Part shown: one piece after another, positions 46,376 through 56,850 of the stretch
Layout of the letters: every line of letters starts with the position of its first letter
Position numbering within the stretch: position 1 is the stretch's first letter
Assembly: GCF_009936135.1 (NCBI RefSeq)
Contig: NZ_CP047901.1
Span: 563,354 to 627,353, forward strand
Source: Candidatus Chazhemtobacterium aquaticus
GTDB lineage: Bacteria > Patescibacteriota > Microgenomatia > UBA1400 > Chazhemtobacteraceae
Direction of reading: 5' to 3'
Length of the DNA: 64,000 bases
The notes under the pieces: model-generated
Database searches by the model: none
What the model saw: the letters and a program-made list of their open reading frames with translations, nothing else
Told to the model about the DNA's origin: nothing
Translations under genes and position numbers: made by a program

Positions 46376-48001
46376 TTAAAACAAAGGTTTTCCGTTCATC
46401 TCTTCCGGCTGCTCCAATCCCATAATCTTTAGTATTGTTGGCGCTATATCAGCCAAAACCCCTTGCCGCAAACTTAAACCCTCTGGTCGCTTATCCCAGA
46501 CAACAATCAGCGGCACTGGGTTAGTCGAGTGCTCTGTATCAACCTGCTTTCCATCCGGACTCAGCAATTCCTCCACATTGCCATGATCAGCTGTAACAAT
46601 CAACACCCCCTCCTTTTCTTTGACCAAATTCGCTAGCTTACCCAATCCCTCATCTGCCGCCTCAACTGCCTTTACTGCCGCCTTAATATCACCAGTATGA
46701 GCTACCATATCAGGACAGGCAAAATTAATCACCACCAAGCCGTAATCTTGAGACTCCAACTTAACTTGAGTTTCATAAACTATCTCAGGCGTTGACATCT
46801 CAGGCTCAAGGTCATAGGTCTCCACATCAGGAGAGGGGACTATCAATCTATCCTCACCCTCAAACACTTTGTTTATTCCTCCGTTAAAGTAATATGTCAC
46901 AAATCTTTCTTTCTCTGTCTCAGCTACCCTTAACTGTTTTATTCCAGCTTTTGCCACCACCTCGCCCAAAGTGTTTTCAAGCACTTGAGGGGGGAATGCC
47001 ACCTCAGTTGCCAAGCCTGGTTCATATTCAGTCATTGTCGTCATCACAATATTCTTTAGTACAATTTTGCGCTTAAACGGAGTATTCTCTGGCGTAGCCA
47101 CTACCTCCTTTTTCTTTCCGCTTACATCATAAGCATCAAAGCCTTTAATCACCATGGCTGTCTTTTCAAAATCGTCCATAACAAATGCTTTAGTCAGTTG
47201 CCTGGGTCGATCAATTCTAAAGTTATAAAAGATCACTCCATCACCGTCCTGGATTCTAGACTCCTTGGTATTTTCACCAATCTGGATTGGTTTAATAAAC
47301 TCATCAGTGATTTCTTGCTGATAACTTTGCTCCAAAGCAGAAAGTGGGTCTTTAGCCTTATTATCAATCATCTCGGTTAAACCCTCATAAGCCAGTTTAG
47401 TTCTTTCCCAGCGTAAATCACGATCCATCGCATAGTATCTGCCCATCAATGTCGCGATTTTTCCAATCTTTAATTGCTCTAACTCATCCATTAACTTTTT
47501 TATGTGCATCTTGCCCTCAGTTGGTGGGGAGTCACGTCCATCGGTAATGATATGTAAAAACAGATTCTCTATCTGGTGCTTTTTAGCCAGTTGCAGTAAT
47601 GCATACAAGTGGTCGTTATACGCATGGACCCCTCCGCTACCAATCAATCCCATCAGATGTAAACGTGAGTTGTTGTTCTTAGCCTGATTGATTGCCTTAA
47701 GCAAAGCTTCGTTCTCAAAAAAAGATCCGTCAACAATTGATAGATTAATTCTTGGTAAAGACTCCATCACTATCCGACCCGAACCAATGTTAAGATGTCC
47801 CACCTCTGAGTTACCATCCTCACCCTTAGGCAAGCCCACCGCCTCACCTGACGCCTCAAGCTGAGTGTTGGGGTACTCATTTAACAACATGTCATAATTA
47901 GGTTTACTGGCCAGCTCAATTGCATTCCCCTTACCCTCAGGAGCAATACCCCAACCATCAAGAATCAACAATACTACTGGTTTTGTCTTAAGCTCTGTCA
48001 T
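46376..48001 (-). CDS. gpmI: 2,3-bisphosphoglycerate-independent phosphoglycerate mutase
   Basis: KPVVLLILDGWG and the metalloenzyme-domain motifs. The start was trimmed to MTELKTK so that it no longer overlaps the eno 3' end. Confidence 0.9.
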   Translation of the reverse strand: MTELKTKPVVLLILDGWGIAPEGKGNAIELASKPNYDMLLNEYPNTQLEASGEAVGLPKGEDGNSEVGHLNIGSGRIVMESLPRINLSIVDGSFFENEALLKAINQAKNNNSRLHLMGLIGSGGVHAYNDHLYALLQLAKKHQIENLFLHIITDGRDSPPTEGKMHIKKLMDELEQLKIGKIATLMGRYYAMDRDLRWERTKLAYEGLTEMIDNKAKDPLSALEQSYQQEITDEFIKPIQIGENTKESRIQDGDGVIFYNFRIDRPRQLTKAFVMDDFEKTAMVIKGFDAYDVSGKKKEVVATPENTPFKRKIVLKNIVMTTMTEYEPGLATEVAFPPQVLENTLGEVVAKAGIKQLRVAETEKERFVTYYFNGGINKVFEGEDRLIVPSPDVETYDLEPEMSTPEIVYETQVKLESQDYGLVVINFACPDMVAHTGDIKAAVKAVEAADEGLGKLANLVKEKEGVLIVTADHGNVEELLSPDGKQVDTEHSTNPVPLIVVWDKRPEGLSLRQGVLADIAPTILKIMGLEQPEEMNGKPLF

Positions 48002-49289
48002 TATCAGGTTTACTTGTCTCCGTCTGAGCTGGCTTAAGCAAGCTCTCAATCATGCCCATTCGGTTATATTTAATTACCCTCTCACCTCTAGCTGGCGCCC
48101 CAAACTTAACATAGTTTGCCCCCATCCCGACTGCAAAATCAGCGATAAAATCATCGTTTGTCTCGCCCGATCGATGTGACACCACTACCGCCAACTTGCT
48201 ATCCTTAGCCAATTTAATTACATCAACTGTCTCTGATATGGTGCCAATCTGGTTTGGTTTGATCAAAACAGCATTGCAGGCCTTTTTTTCAATCGCCTGT
48301 TTAAGTCTCTTCTTATTAGTCACCACCAAGTCATCAGCCACAATCAAAGTATTTGCCCCTATCTCACTGGTTAATTTCGCCCAACCATCAAAATCATCCT
48401 CCTTCAAACCGTCTTCCAGGGCAAACAGATTGTAATCTTTGTTCAACTGAACATAAAACTCAATCATCTCCTCAGTTGTTAAAGGCTGAGATTTATCCTT
48501 AACCACATACTTCCCATTCTTAAAAAACGAGTTACTAGCTGTATCAAGCCCTAAGAATATATCCTTACCCAATGTAAAGTTGCTTAAATTTATCGCCTCC
48601 ACCAGCAGTTCTAAGGCATCGGTGTTGGTATAAAGGTTTGGCGCAAAACCTCCCTCATCACCAACCGAATAAGCCGCATTTCGCTTGATTAACGACTCTT
48701 TAAGAGTCTGATAAACCGTCTCACCCATCCTCAAAGACTCGCCAAAAGACTGACGTGAAGAGGCGTAAATATGAAACTCCTGGAAATCCAAGTTATTACC
48801 TGCTCCATGTTTACCACCATTAATCAGATTAAAAATCGGTACCGGTAAGGATGACCAATTAAGACTTACCAAAGCATACTTCTCAGCCAAGTACTGGAAA
48901 ATTGCCCTACCGCTAATCAACGCTCCCAGTTCACACACCGCTTGGGACACTGACAAAATTGCGTTAGCTCCTAGTTTTGACTTGTTATCCGTACCATCAA
49001 GATCTATTAAAACCTTGTCTACTTTGGACTGGTACAAAGGATCCATCCCCACCACCTTAGGTGCGATTATCTTATTTACATTATCAACTGCCTTTATCAC
49101 CCCCATTCCCTTAAAGCGACTTGGGTCGCCATCCCGCAGCTCTACCGCTTCAAACTTACCTGTAGATGCACCAGAAGGAATAGCTGCTACTGCTGCTTGT
49201 CCTGTATCAGACCAAATGGTTGTCTCAATTGTCGGTGTTCCTCGTGAATCTAAAATCTCTCTCGCCTTTATTGCTTGTATCTTGGCCAT
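47988..49289 (-). CDS. eno: Enolase
   Basis: MAKIQAIKAREILDSRGTPTIE and the enolase signature region IKPNQIGTISETVD. Confidence 0.95.
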   Translation of the reverse strand: MAKIQAIKAREILDSRGTPTIETTIWSDTGQAAVAAIPSGASTGKFEAVELRDGDPSRFKGMGVIKAVDNVNKIIAPKVVGMDPLYQSKVDKVLIDLDGTDNKSKLGANAILSVSQAVCELGALISGRAIFQYLAEKYALVSLNWSSLPVPIFNLINGGKHGAGNNLDFQEFHIYASSRQSFGESLRMGETVYQTLKESLIKRNAAYSVGDEGGFAPNLYTNTDALELLVEAINLSNFTLGKDIFLGLDTASNSFFKNGKYVVKDKSQPLTTEEMIEFYVQLNKDYNLFALEDGLKEDDFDGWAKLTSEIGANTLIVADDLVVTNKKRLKQAIEKKACNAVLIKPNQIGTISETVDVIKLAKDSKLAVVVSHRSGETNDDFIADFAVGMGANYVKFGAPARGERVIKYNRMGMIESLLKPAQTETSKPDNDRA

Positions 49290-49312
49290 ATCAGGATCAG
49301 TTTAACACAAGC

Positions 49313-51583
49313 CTATTTTCCACCAATCACCCTTTTTTCAGCCTGTGCCACAATCTCTCTAGTCCTCTCCACCGCGTCAGGAGATACCGACACCGAGGTG
49401 ATTCCCCATCTCACCAATTTCTCTACTAAATCAGGATACTGACTGGCTGCCTGACCACATAAACTAGCTGTTAAACCAAGCTTAACCGCCTTTTTAATGG
49501 CCGTCTCCAACATCCACAAAACCGCTGGATTTCTTTCATCATAAGCCCCCGCCACGTCCTCATTGTCTCGATCTACTCCTAGAGTTAACATGGTTAAGTC
49601 ATTTGACCCAATGCTGATTCCATCAATCCCTGCCTTGGCAAACTCCTCGAGCAAAATCACGTTACTAGGGATCTCCACCATCATCCACAACTTAAATGAA
49701 CTAGATCGGCTTAAGCCATTAGCCGCCACAATTCGTTTAACCTTAAGCAACTCATTTGGTTCATGAACAAATGGAATCATTAACCACAAATTCTTATATC
49801 CCAGCTTATCTCTCACCATCTTAATCGCCTCAAGCTCCATCTCAAATACCTGCTCATCAGTAATGTATCGCAGTGCCCCTCGATAGCCCAACATCGGATT
49901 AGGTTCCGGTCTTTCAAAATCCTTACCCCCGATTAAGTTCTGGTACTCATTGGTCTTAAAATCACTCGCGCGATACACTACCGGCCTGCTGCCAAAAGAC
50001 GAGGCAAACTGAGCCAGTCCCACTGCCAACGACCTCACATACTCTTTTCGCTTGCCATCTCTAAGCATCTTCTTGGGGTGCTTACCTATCTGCGCCATCA
50101 TAAACTCAGCTCGCAGCAACCCCACTCCATCCACATTCTTCTGGGCCACACTCGAAGCCAGTTCTGGCTCACCCAAATTAACATATACTTTAGTGGCCGT
50201 CTCTACCAAACCTGCACCAATATCTCGCTTAGTGTACTTCAGGTCTTGTTCTTTAGGTTTACCAGCAAATACCTCACCAGTTGTACCGTTAACTGTAATT
50301 AACTTCTCTTTCTTAAGAACTTTGGTTCCATCTTTACTGCCCACCACCGCTGGCACCCCCAGTTCCCTTGATACGATCGCCGCGTGCGAGGTTTGTCCTC
50401 CTGAGTTAGTCACAATCGCTACCGCTCTCTTCATCGCCGGCACAAAATCAGGAGTAGTCATCTCCGCTACCAACACATCTCCTTCCTTGATCTTGCTTAT
50501 TTCCTTGGCCGACTTTAATACCACCGGCCTGCCCCAAGCCACTCCAGGCGAAGCCGCATCTCCTTTAACCAATAACCTCAAACTAGATTCTTCCTTTAAG
50601 CTCATCTCAGACTGTCTCTCTACCGCCTCCATGGTTGTAATCGGTCTGGTCTGAACTACATACAACTTACCACCTTCCATGGCCCACTCTATATCCTGTG
50701 GGAATCGGTAATGGCTGTGTAGTTTCTCACCAATCTCAGCCAGCTTTACAATCAGGTCATCCTCTAGCTTCTGCCTGCCTACCTTCCACTTAGGCAAGGG
50801 ATACTCTTTGTTTACCCCATTTTTTCTGGTTAGCTCTTTCTTCTGCTCATTAATCTCCCTGGCATAAATGGTCATGTCATCTCGTCTTACCTCATAGTGA
50901 TCTGGTGTGTAGGTACCCTGAACAATCATCTCGCCCAAACCCCAAATAGCCTCGATTACAATAATCCGCTTATCATTATTTACCGGATTAATAGTAAACA
51001 TATTTCCACTTACCTCAGATGCCACCATCAGCTGCACCGGTACTGCCAAAGCCACCTGGAAATGATCAAAGCCATTGGTCTCTCTGTAAAAAATAGCTCT
51101 GGCCGTAAACAAAGATGCCCAAGCATCTCTGACTGCCTGAATAACTGCCGCCTCTCCTTTAATATCCAAAAAAGTAGATTGTTGTCCGGCAAAGCTAGCC
51201 TCGGGTAAATCCTCTGCTGTTGCCGAAGACCTAACCGCTACTAAGGGATTCTTAGTTTTACTGCTAAGTGATCTGTAATGTCTGATAATCGACTCCGCCA
51301 TCTCATCAGGAATATCCGCTTTTGAAACCATCTTCATGATCCGGTCTGCCGCCCTTTGCAGCTTATCCGAGTCCTTCACCTCAACCCCATCAAGCATTTC
51401 TCGAATCTTGCTATCAAAACCATTAAACTTCACCATCTCTCGATACGCTTGTGCCGTCACACAAAATCCATTCGGAACCGGAAAACCAGCTCGGGTCATC
51501 TCACCCAAATTTGCCCCCTTACCTCCTACCAAACCAATATCCTCACGATCAATCTCATTAAATTTTAAAACAAAAACAGACAT
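49313..51583 (-). CDS. ppsA: Phosphoenolpyruvate synthase (PEP-utilising enzyme, PPDK_N + mobile His domain + TIM barrel)
   Basis: N-terminal IGLVGGKGANLGEM and the phosphohistidine domain GGQTSHAAIVSRELGVPAVVG. A C-terminal PEP-utilizers barrel follows. Length is 756 aa. Confidence 0.8.
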   Translation of the reverse strand: MSVFVLKFNEIDREDIGLVGGKGANLGEMTRAGFPVPNGFCVTAQAYREMVKFNGFDSKIREMLDGVEVKDSDKLQRAADRIMKMVSKADIPDEMAESIIRHYRSLSSKTKNPLVAVRSSATAEDLPEASFAGQQSTFLDIKGEAAVIQAVRDAWASLFTARAIFYRETNGFDHFQVALAVPVQLMVASEVSGNMFTINPVNNDKRIIVIEAIWGLGEMIVQGTYTPDHYEVRRDDMTIYAREINEQKKELTRKNGVNKEYPLPKWKVGRQKLEDDLIVKLAEIGEKLHSHYRFPQDIEWAMEGGKLYVVQTRPITTMEAVERQSEMSLKEESSLRLLVKGDAASPGVAWGRPVVLKSAKEISKIKEGDVLVAEMTTPDFVPAMKRAVAIVTNSGGQTSHAAIVSRELGVPAVVGSKDGTKVLKKEKLITVNGTTGEVFAGKPKEQDLKYTKRDIGAGLVETATKVYVNLGEPELASSVAQKNVDGVGLLRAEFMMAQIGKHPKKMLRDGKRKEYVRSLAVGLAQFASSFGSRPVVYRASDFKTNEYQNLIGGKDFERPEPNPMLGYRGALRYITDEQVFEMELEAIKMVRDKLGYKNLWLMIPFVHEPNELLKVKRIVAANGLSRSSSFKLWMMVEIPSNVILLEEFAKAGIDGISIGSNDLTMLTLGVDRDNEDVAGAYDERNPAVLWMLETAIKKAVKLGLTASLCGQAASQYPDLVEKLVRWGITSVSVSPDAVERTREIVAQAEKRVIGGK

Positions 51584-51625
51584 ACCTTCATCATAGGCAA
51601 CTTACATCAAAAAGGGAAGTTGCTC

Positions 51626-52696
51626 TTACTTTAATTTACTCTTGAAATAATCTACCCAGGGAATCGGCGCTGGATCAATCTTATGAAGTAAAGCTAAATA
51701 AAAGGAGACAAATCCACCAAAAGCTATCGTCTCCCACACCTGAGCCAGCGCCCCACTTGTCTCGGCCTTAATCCTAGTCACCCCATATCCTTGTTTAGTG
51801 ATTACCTCCTCAGTTAAAAGCAGACGCTTACTGATTACCGGGTCATACAGCTCACTATCAAATATCACGAAATGAAATACTTTTCTTAACTCCTTAGGGA
51901 AACTTAAACCTTCAAGTAAATGATGGTTTAACTCTGGTAAATCAAACCTAGCCGCAAAGGTCTTCGCATTCTCATTTAATTGGTTTTTAAATACATGAAT
52001 CGCACCGGTCAAGTGCTCGGCTCCAATCATAATCACCGCCTTTTCCTCTACTATCTCGGCTAACCGTTTAGCTGGATTTTCTTTAAACGGCCTATCCTTA
52101 CCCAAGATCTGTTGCTGGCTGCGCAAGTTGGCCAATACCTGAGTTACCAACTCAGACTCAATCTCAACGTGACCACAACGAGACAACACCATTAACACCG
52201 CCATCACGTTCATCCCAATGGCCATCCTTGGCTGTTTACTCGGGTTATATTCCTCATTCAGTTTCAAAACCGGCCAGTTATTTTTCTCTGCCACCTCCAC
52301 CAAACTACCCCCTCCAGCAATCACTACCACACAGGACTTTCTGGCCTCAGCTTCCTTGGCTGCATGAAGTACCTCCTCCGTACCACCAGAATAGCTTGAT
52401 AAGATCACCAAACTTCTTTCATCTACATAAGCAGGCAAATGGTAGTTATTTACAATCTCAAGTGGCAACATCAGCTTATCATTGCACATACTCTTAACCA
52501 CTCTAGCTCCCAAAGCTGATCCGCCCATACCCACAACTACCAAGTTATCAACCAGCCTACACGCCTTGCCTATTTTTAACTCCGTTAAGCCCTCCCACAA
52601 CCCACCAATTTGCTGAGGCAGTGTCAACACCGAGTCATACACCCGACTGCTATCCAGTTTGTAACTGCTTTCTTGATCTAGTTTATGTTTAAACAT
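51626..52696 (-). CDS. SIS-domain sugar isomerase (bifunctional phosphoglucose/phosphomannose isomerase type)
   Basis: Two SIS-like segments (VVVGMGGSALGARVV; ILSSYSGGTEEV), as in archaeal-type PGI/PMI. Confidence 0.6.
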   Translation of the reverse strand: MFKHKLDQESSYKLDSSRVYDSVLTLPQQIGGLWEGLTELKIGKACRLVDNLVVVGMGGSALGARVVKSMCNDKLMLPLEIVNNYHLPAYVDERSLVILSSYSGGTEEVLHAAKEAEARKSCVVVIAGGGSLVEVAEKNNWPVLKLNEEYNPSKQPRMAIGMNVMAVLMVLSRCGHVEIESELVTQVLANLRSQQQILGKDRPFKENPAKRLAEIVEEKAVIMIGAEHLTGAIHVFKNQLNENAKTFAARFDLPELNHHLLEGLSFPKELRKVFHFVIFDSELYDPVISKRLLLTEEVITKQGYGVTRIKAETSGALAQVWETIAFGGFVSFYLALLHKIDPAPIPWVDYFKSKLK

Positions 52697-54077
52697 GGCC
52701 GCCTAATTTTTTTAACATTGAAAGTACCTGTCCTCTTCGTCTCTCCAGTTTACCAACTTCGTATGCTTCTATGTTAAATCTTACCACTGGTTCGGTTCCA
52801 GAAGGACGCAGGTTAAACCAAAAATCTCCATACTCTACTGTAATTCCATCCGTTCTTCTTATCTGCTTTGGTTTACCCAAGCTTGATTGATCGGAAGTTA
52901 TCACCTGAAGCACCATCTCTATAAATCTGTCCCTATCATCCACTTTTACTGACATCTCCTCTGCCTTTTCATAAATACGAAACTCCTCCACCTGCTTACT
53001 TACTGGTCGATCATCACTGGAAATAGCCATCAGCAATATCAATGTGCCAACCAATGCCGAGTCGTTATAGTTATTCTCCTTAAAGTAAAAATGTCCTGAG
53101 TGTTCCCCGGCAAATATAGCTCGATTCTTTCTCATCATTGCCTTAATCAACGAGTGGCCTACTGGTGCCAGTAAAGGAGTTCCTCCATACTCTGATATCT
53201 TTTTAGGCACAATCTGGCTCATCACGCTGGTATACAACATCTTAGGTCTAGTTGTATATTTTCTATGTTCCAATAAATACTTAGCTAAGTAGGCGGTCAT
53301 CAAAGATCCCTCAACGACTCTCCCTTTCTCATCTACCATAATCACTCTGTCTGCATCCCCATCATAAGAAAAACCGCAGTCAGCCTTCTCCTCTCTCACC
53401 CGTTTTGACAATCCCTTCAGCGTGGCTGATAACAAAGGGTTGGGTAAGTGATTGGGGAAACTGCCATCGGGCTCAAAAAACATCTTCACCGCTTTAATCT
53501 GTGGCAAACGATTTAATGCCTCCACCAACTCTATCCCCGCAACACTGTTACCAGCATCAAACACCACCTTCATTGGTCTTATCGCTCTTGGGTTAACCAA
53601 TGAAAAAACATGATCCATCCACCTATTCATAATCTGTTTACTCACCACCTTGCCCTTAACCTTCTCCTTAAGGTGTATCTCACCCATCATCCCCTTAGCC
53701 AATTGCTCCAAATCACTCTTCTCGGTAGCTCTTCCCTTGTCTTTAGCAATGATTAACCCGTTGTACTCTTTTGGATTGTGAGATGAAGACACAATACAAG
53801 CCAAATCTACTTTTAGTTCCTTAGCAGCAAAATAGTTCATTGGTGTGGTGATCATCCCCAGATCAAACACCTTAACTCCAGCCCTCACAAAACCATCTAT
53901 CAAAGCCCTACTCAACCACGGTCCAGACAATCTCATATCTCTCCCCACAGATACCAATTTTGGATGATACATCTCACTTAAAACCAGCGCCAACCTGTAC
54001 ATCACTCCTTCATCAAGCTGCTCAGGATATATCCCCCTTATATCATTGTCCCTAAATATCTCTCTTTCTACTGGCAT
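52689..54077 (-). CDS. Phosphomannomutase/phosphoglucomutase (alpha-D-phosphohexomutase)
   Basis: Active-site Ser loop SSHNPKEYNG, metal-binding FSYDGDADR, and the sugar-binding GEHSGHF. Confidence 0.9.
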   Translation of the reverse strand: MPVEREIFRDNDIRGIYPEQLDEGVMYRLALVLSEMYHPKLVSVGRDMRLSGPWLSRALIDGFVRAGVKVFDLGMITTPMNYFAAKELKVDLACIVSSSHNPKEYNGLIIAKDKGRATEKSDLEQLAKGMMGEIHLKEKVKGKVVSKQIMNRWMDHVFSLVNPRAIRPMKVVFDAGNSVAGIELVEALNRLPQIKAVKMFFEPDGSFPNHLPNPLLSATLKGLSKRVREEKADCGFSYDGDADRVIMVDEKGRVVEGSLMTAYLAKYLLEHRKYTTRPKMLYTSVMSQIVPKKISEYGGTPLLAPVGHSLIKAMMRKNRAIFAGEHSGHFYFKENNYNDSALVGTLILLMAISSDDRPVSKQVEEFRIYEKAEEMSVKVDDRDRFIEMVLQVITSDQSSLGKPKQIRRTDGITVEYGDFWFNLRPSGTEPVVRFNIEAYEVGKLERRRGQVLSMLKKLGGHV

Positions 54078-54091
54078 ATTAGTTCATCACC

Positions 54092-54769
54092 TCATATTGA
54101 TAGTAACAGTAACTCCATTCTTGTTGCCAAGGGTAAGTTGCTTTTACCAAGCTTGGTTTCCTCCTCCAATCGATATATCTCCGTATGAAACCTTAACAAA
54201 CCCTCCATACCAAAGACATCTGCCTGTTTTTTAAGTTTTCCAGTCAACCACGACGGGCCCCTAAAACTAGTCGGGTCACTTAAAATGCTGATCAGCTGTC
54301 TTGTTTGTCGAAGTAACATAAAGAAAATTAGTTCTGCTGGCTCATTACTCGATAGCTCTTCCCATAAAGGCATAAAAGCTCGCTGACCTCCTGGTACTAC
54401 GCTTTCTAAGAATTTAAAAATCTTACTGTTTACCTTAAACTCTTTTATCTCAGCCTTTACTCCCTTAAGTTTTCTTCCATCCACCGGTTTTGGTTCCCAG
54501 ATAACTACCATCTCCGGACTTTCCTTTTTAAGATACTCAATCACTGCTTTTTTTGACGAGCTTGTCAGACCACTAAACAGCTCCTCAATCACTACCAATC
54601 GCAGATCACCAAACAATCCACCCGACTCAACCGCCTGGATTACCTCACTAAGATCTGCCTTTTTTGCCAACAAGGTCACCACCTCCACCCCCTTTAATCT
54701 TGCCTGCTCCTTATACTTATTTAAGTACTCTCTTGACTCAATCTGGTTATCTCCATGTATTATCTTCAT
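54092..54769 (-). CDS. holA: DNA polymerase III delta-subunit-like protein (short; putative HolA)
   Basis: SGGLFGDLRLVVIEE and ELIFFMLLRQTRQL resemble HolA N-terminal and domain-III segments. Weak, recalled similarity. Confidence 0.35.
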   Translation of the reverse strand: MKIIHGDNQIESREYLNKYKEQARLKGVEVVTLLAKKADLSEVIQAVESGGLFGDLRLVVIEELFSGLTSSSKKAVIEYLKKESPEMVVIWEPKPVDGRKLKGVKAEIKEFKVNSKIFKFLESVVPGGQRAFMPLWEELSSNEPAELIFFMLLRQTRQLISILSDPTSFRGPSWLTGKLKKQADVFGMEGLLRFHTEIYRLEEETKLGKSNLPLATRMELLLLSI

Positions 54770-55146
54770 CTCTTTAGTCTTTTAAACATCATTTCTACGG
54801 TCTGATGGGTTACCTGATGGCGTCTGCCCTTACCAATATGGGGTACCAAGGCTCCTGAAAATGTCTTGGGGATATGCATCAACTCGTGAATAATCACCCG
54901 CCATTGATCATCCTCACTTAAGTGGTCAAAATGCTGGCTTAAAAACTCAATACAGTAATGTGGCTTAACCTCCAAAGCTTCCTGCCAAATTCGAGGCATG
55001 GCGTAAATCCTTGCTCTAGCTCTAGCTGTTGCGCCTGTAGATCTAAAAGCCACTACCTGATCTGGCTTAATATGCTCCATATTAAGCCTTTCCACCACCT
55101 CCCTTATCCTCTCATCAAGATCACGCGCTCTTTCTAACTTCATCAC
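54766..55146 (-). CDS. Small HExxH zinc-metallopeptidase-like protein (SprT/DUF45-like)
   Basis: The HELMH motif lies in a 126-aa protein. Exact family uncertain. Confidence 0.4.
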   Translation of the reverse strand: MMKLERARDLDERIREVVERLNMEHIKPDQVVAFRSTGATARARARIYAMPRIWQEALEVKPHYCIEFLSQHFDHLSEDDQWRVIIHELMHIPKTFSGALVPHIGKGRRHQVTHQTVEMMFKRLKR

Positions 55147-55152
55147 CTAACC

Positions 55153-56682
55153 CTAATCAATTTTTGCCTCCAAATCAACCTCATCCCTGACCTCAAATCG
55201 TTTTATCTCATCACCAATCTTGATTCCCTCAACATCAACTACCTCAAGCACCATATCCACCTCCTCATTCGGCCAGATTCGTTTATACGGCGTTGCATAA
55301 CTTGCGTTATCTATCCCCACTACCTTCCCGGACGAGATCCACACTATATATATGTCAAATCTCATCTCCTTCATCCAGAAGGCATATCTATCCTTGTTCT
55401 CAAACACAAACAGCATCCCCTCATTATCCTTCAGTCTGCTTCGCCCAGACAGTCCTCTAATCCTTTCATCATTAGTGTCAGCCACCTCAACCCAGTACTT
55501 TCTTCCCCCAATCTCCACCATCTCTTCGTGAGCCACTCTATCTCTGTTAAGTCCCAATATCCTTGCCAACCACAACCAGACACCCTCCCAATCAACTAAC
55601 TCAAATCTCTCAAAAATTGACTCACTACTATCCTTAGTCTCACTCACCACTCCTCCCTGTTTTATTTCCTCTAACACTTCTTGATTAAGCACAGGTTCAC
55701 CCTTAACCGCCAAGCTCCTCCACACCTGATACACCTCTCTGGGCTGGCCATTCATATCAAGGAAAGAAAAACCTACAAACGGACCGGCACCAGCTCTCAG
55801 TAAAAATGGAGTAATCGCCACGATCCGTGGGTCATTCCACACCTGGTCATGCGCCGTCTTCAAGTATGAAGCAGCAACTCGTTCATCCACAACACTCATA
55901 TCCCATCCAGTCTCGGTAATAAACACGGGCAAATCTCGATCTGTCCTTCTTGACACAAAATCAAGCTCAAAGCGGAAACTTGCTATCGATCGGTCAGTTC
56001 GGTCAGTCGGCCTACCCCTAAAGCCAGGATTAGGATATGCATGACTAGTCCAACCATCTATTTTCTCCAGAATCTCAGGCTGACGAGCAACCATTCTCTC
56101 CCAGTAGCTTCGCCAATGTAGACTCTCCCCGTTTGACGCCGCCGCGTTATCCATACCCGCTGGCAGAATGAAGAAGTCAGCAGACCTCTCCTTAAATATG
56201 GTCATTGCGTTCATTAGAGTATCGGCATATTTCTCAGGGGAAACGTATCCGCCATACTCATCAGCCCGATTCACTTCATTAAAGATCACCACGTATCGGT
56301 TCTTAGTCGGCCACGGCAAGTCGTTCAAAAAGTTAGCAAAATCAACCAGATCATAGTTATTAGGCTCATCCCAATGCAAGCCCGACACCACCGTAGCTAC
56401 CCTTACAATTGGTATCACCCTATTCTCAGCCGCCTGTCTCATAAACCTTATCCACTTCTCTCTGTTTCTATCAGTTGCCTGAATCGGTACCGTCACATAT
56501 CCCCATGCGCCAGTATCACCATTAACTAGCTTGGCCGCCTCCATTACCTCATTAGGATCCAGTACATGAATGCCGATTTTGTTGTTAGCTGTCAGGTTTG
56601 GGTCCTCAACCGCAATTACCCTTCCACCCCCACCGGCAATCAGAGCAAAAAATGTAACTAAAACTACAAAAAAGCGCTTCAT
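55153..56682 (-). CDS. Secreted clan GH-A (GH5-like) glycoside hydrolase fused to a C-terminal DUF192 domain
   Basis: Signal peptide present. IFNEVN (acid/base Glu) and FITETGW (nucleophile Glu) are spaced like GH5. The C-terminal GMLFVF...RYAFWMKEMRFDIYIVWISSGKVVGI fits the DUF192/COG1430 pattern. Confidence 0.45.
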   Translation of the reverse strand: MKRFFVVLVTFFALIAGGGGRVIAVEDPNLTANNKIGIHVLDPNEVMEAAKLVNGDTGAWGYVTVPIQATDRNREKWIRFMRQAAENRVIPIVRVATVVSGLHWDEPNNYDLVDFANFLNDLPWPTKNRYVVIFNEVNRADEYGGYVSPEKYADTLMNAMTIFKERSADFFILPAGMDNAAASNGESLHWRSYWERMVARQPEILEKIDGWTSHAYPNPGFRGRPTDRTDRSIASFRFELDFVSRRTDRDLPVFITETGWDMSVVDERVAASYLKTAHDQVWNDPRIVAITPFLLRAGAGPFVGFSFLDMNGQPREVYQVWRSLAVKGEPVLNQEVLEEIKQGGVVSETKDSSESIFERFELVDWEGVWLWLARILGLNRDRVAHEEMVEIGGRKYWVEVADTNDERIRGLSGRSRLKDNEGMLFVFENKDRYAFWMKEMRFDIYIVWISSGKVVGIDNASYATPYKRIWPNEEVDMVLEVVDVEGIKIGDEIKRFEVRDEVDLEAKID

Positions 56683-56850
56683 ATCTGTATATTAACATCA
56701 GTTAGCCTCGTAAGCAATCAAAAGGCCTAACTGCTAATTATTCCCACATAAGAGCTAGGTGTATACCCGTAAGGGGATGGCCACATACCCGTAGGGGTAT
56801 CTATATCAGACTGTTGGTTTAACCCTCTCATCAGTCCATTAATCTAAACC

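Noticed and set aside
50052-50654. Plus-strand 200-aa ORF inside ppsA.
   Set aside because: Antisense to a strongly supported PEP synthase gene; Ser/Pro/Thr-rich artefact.
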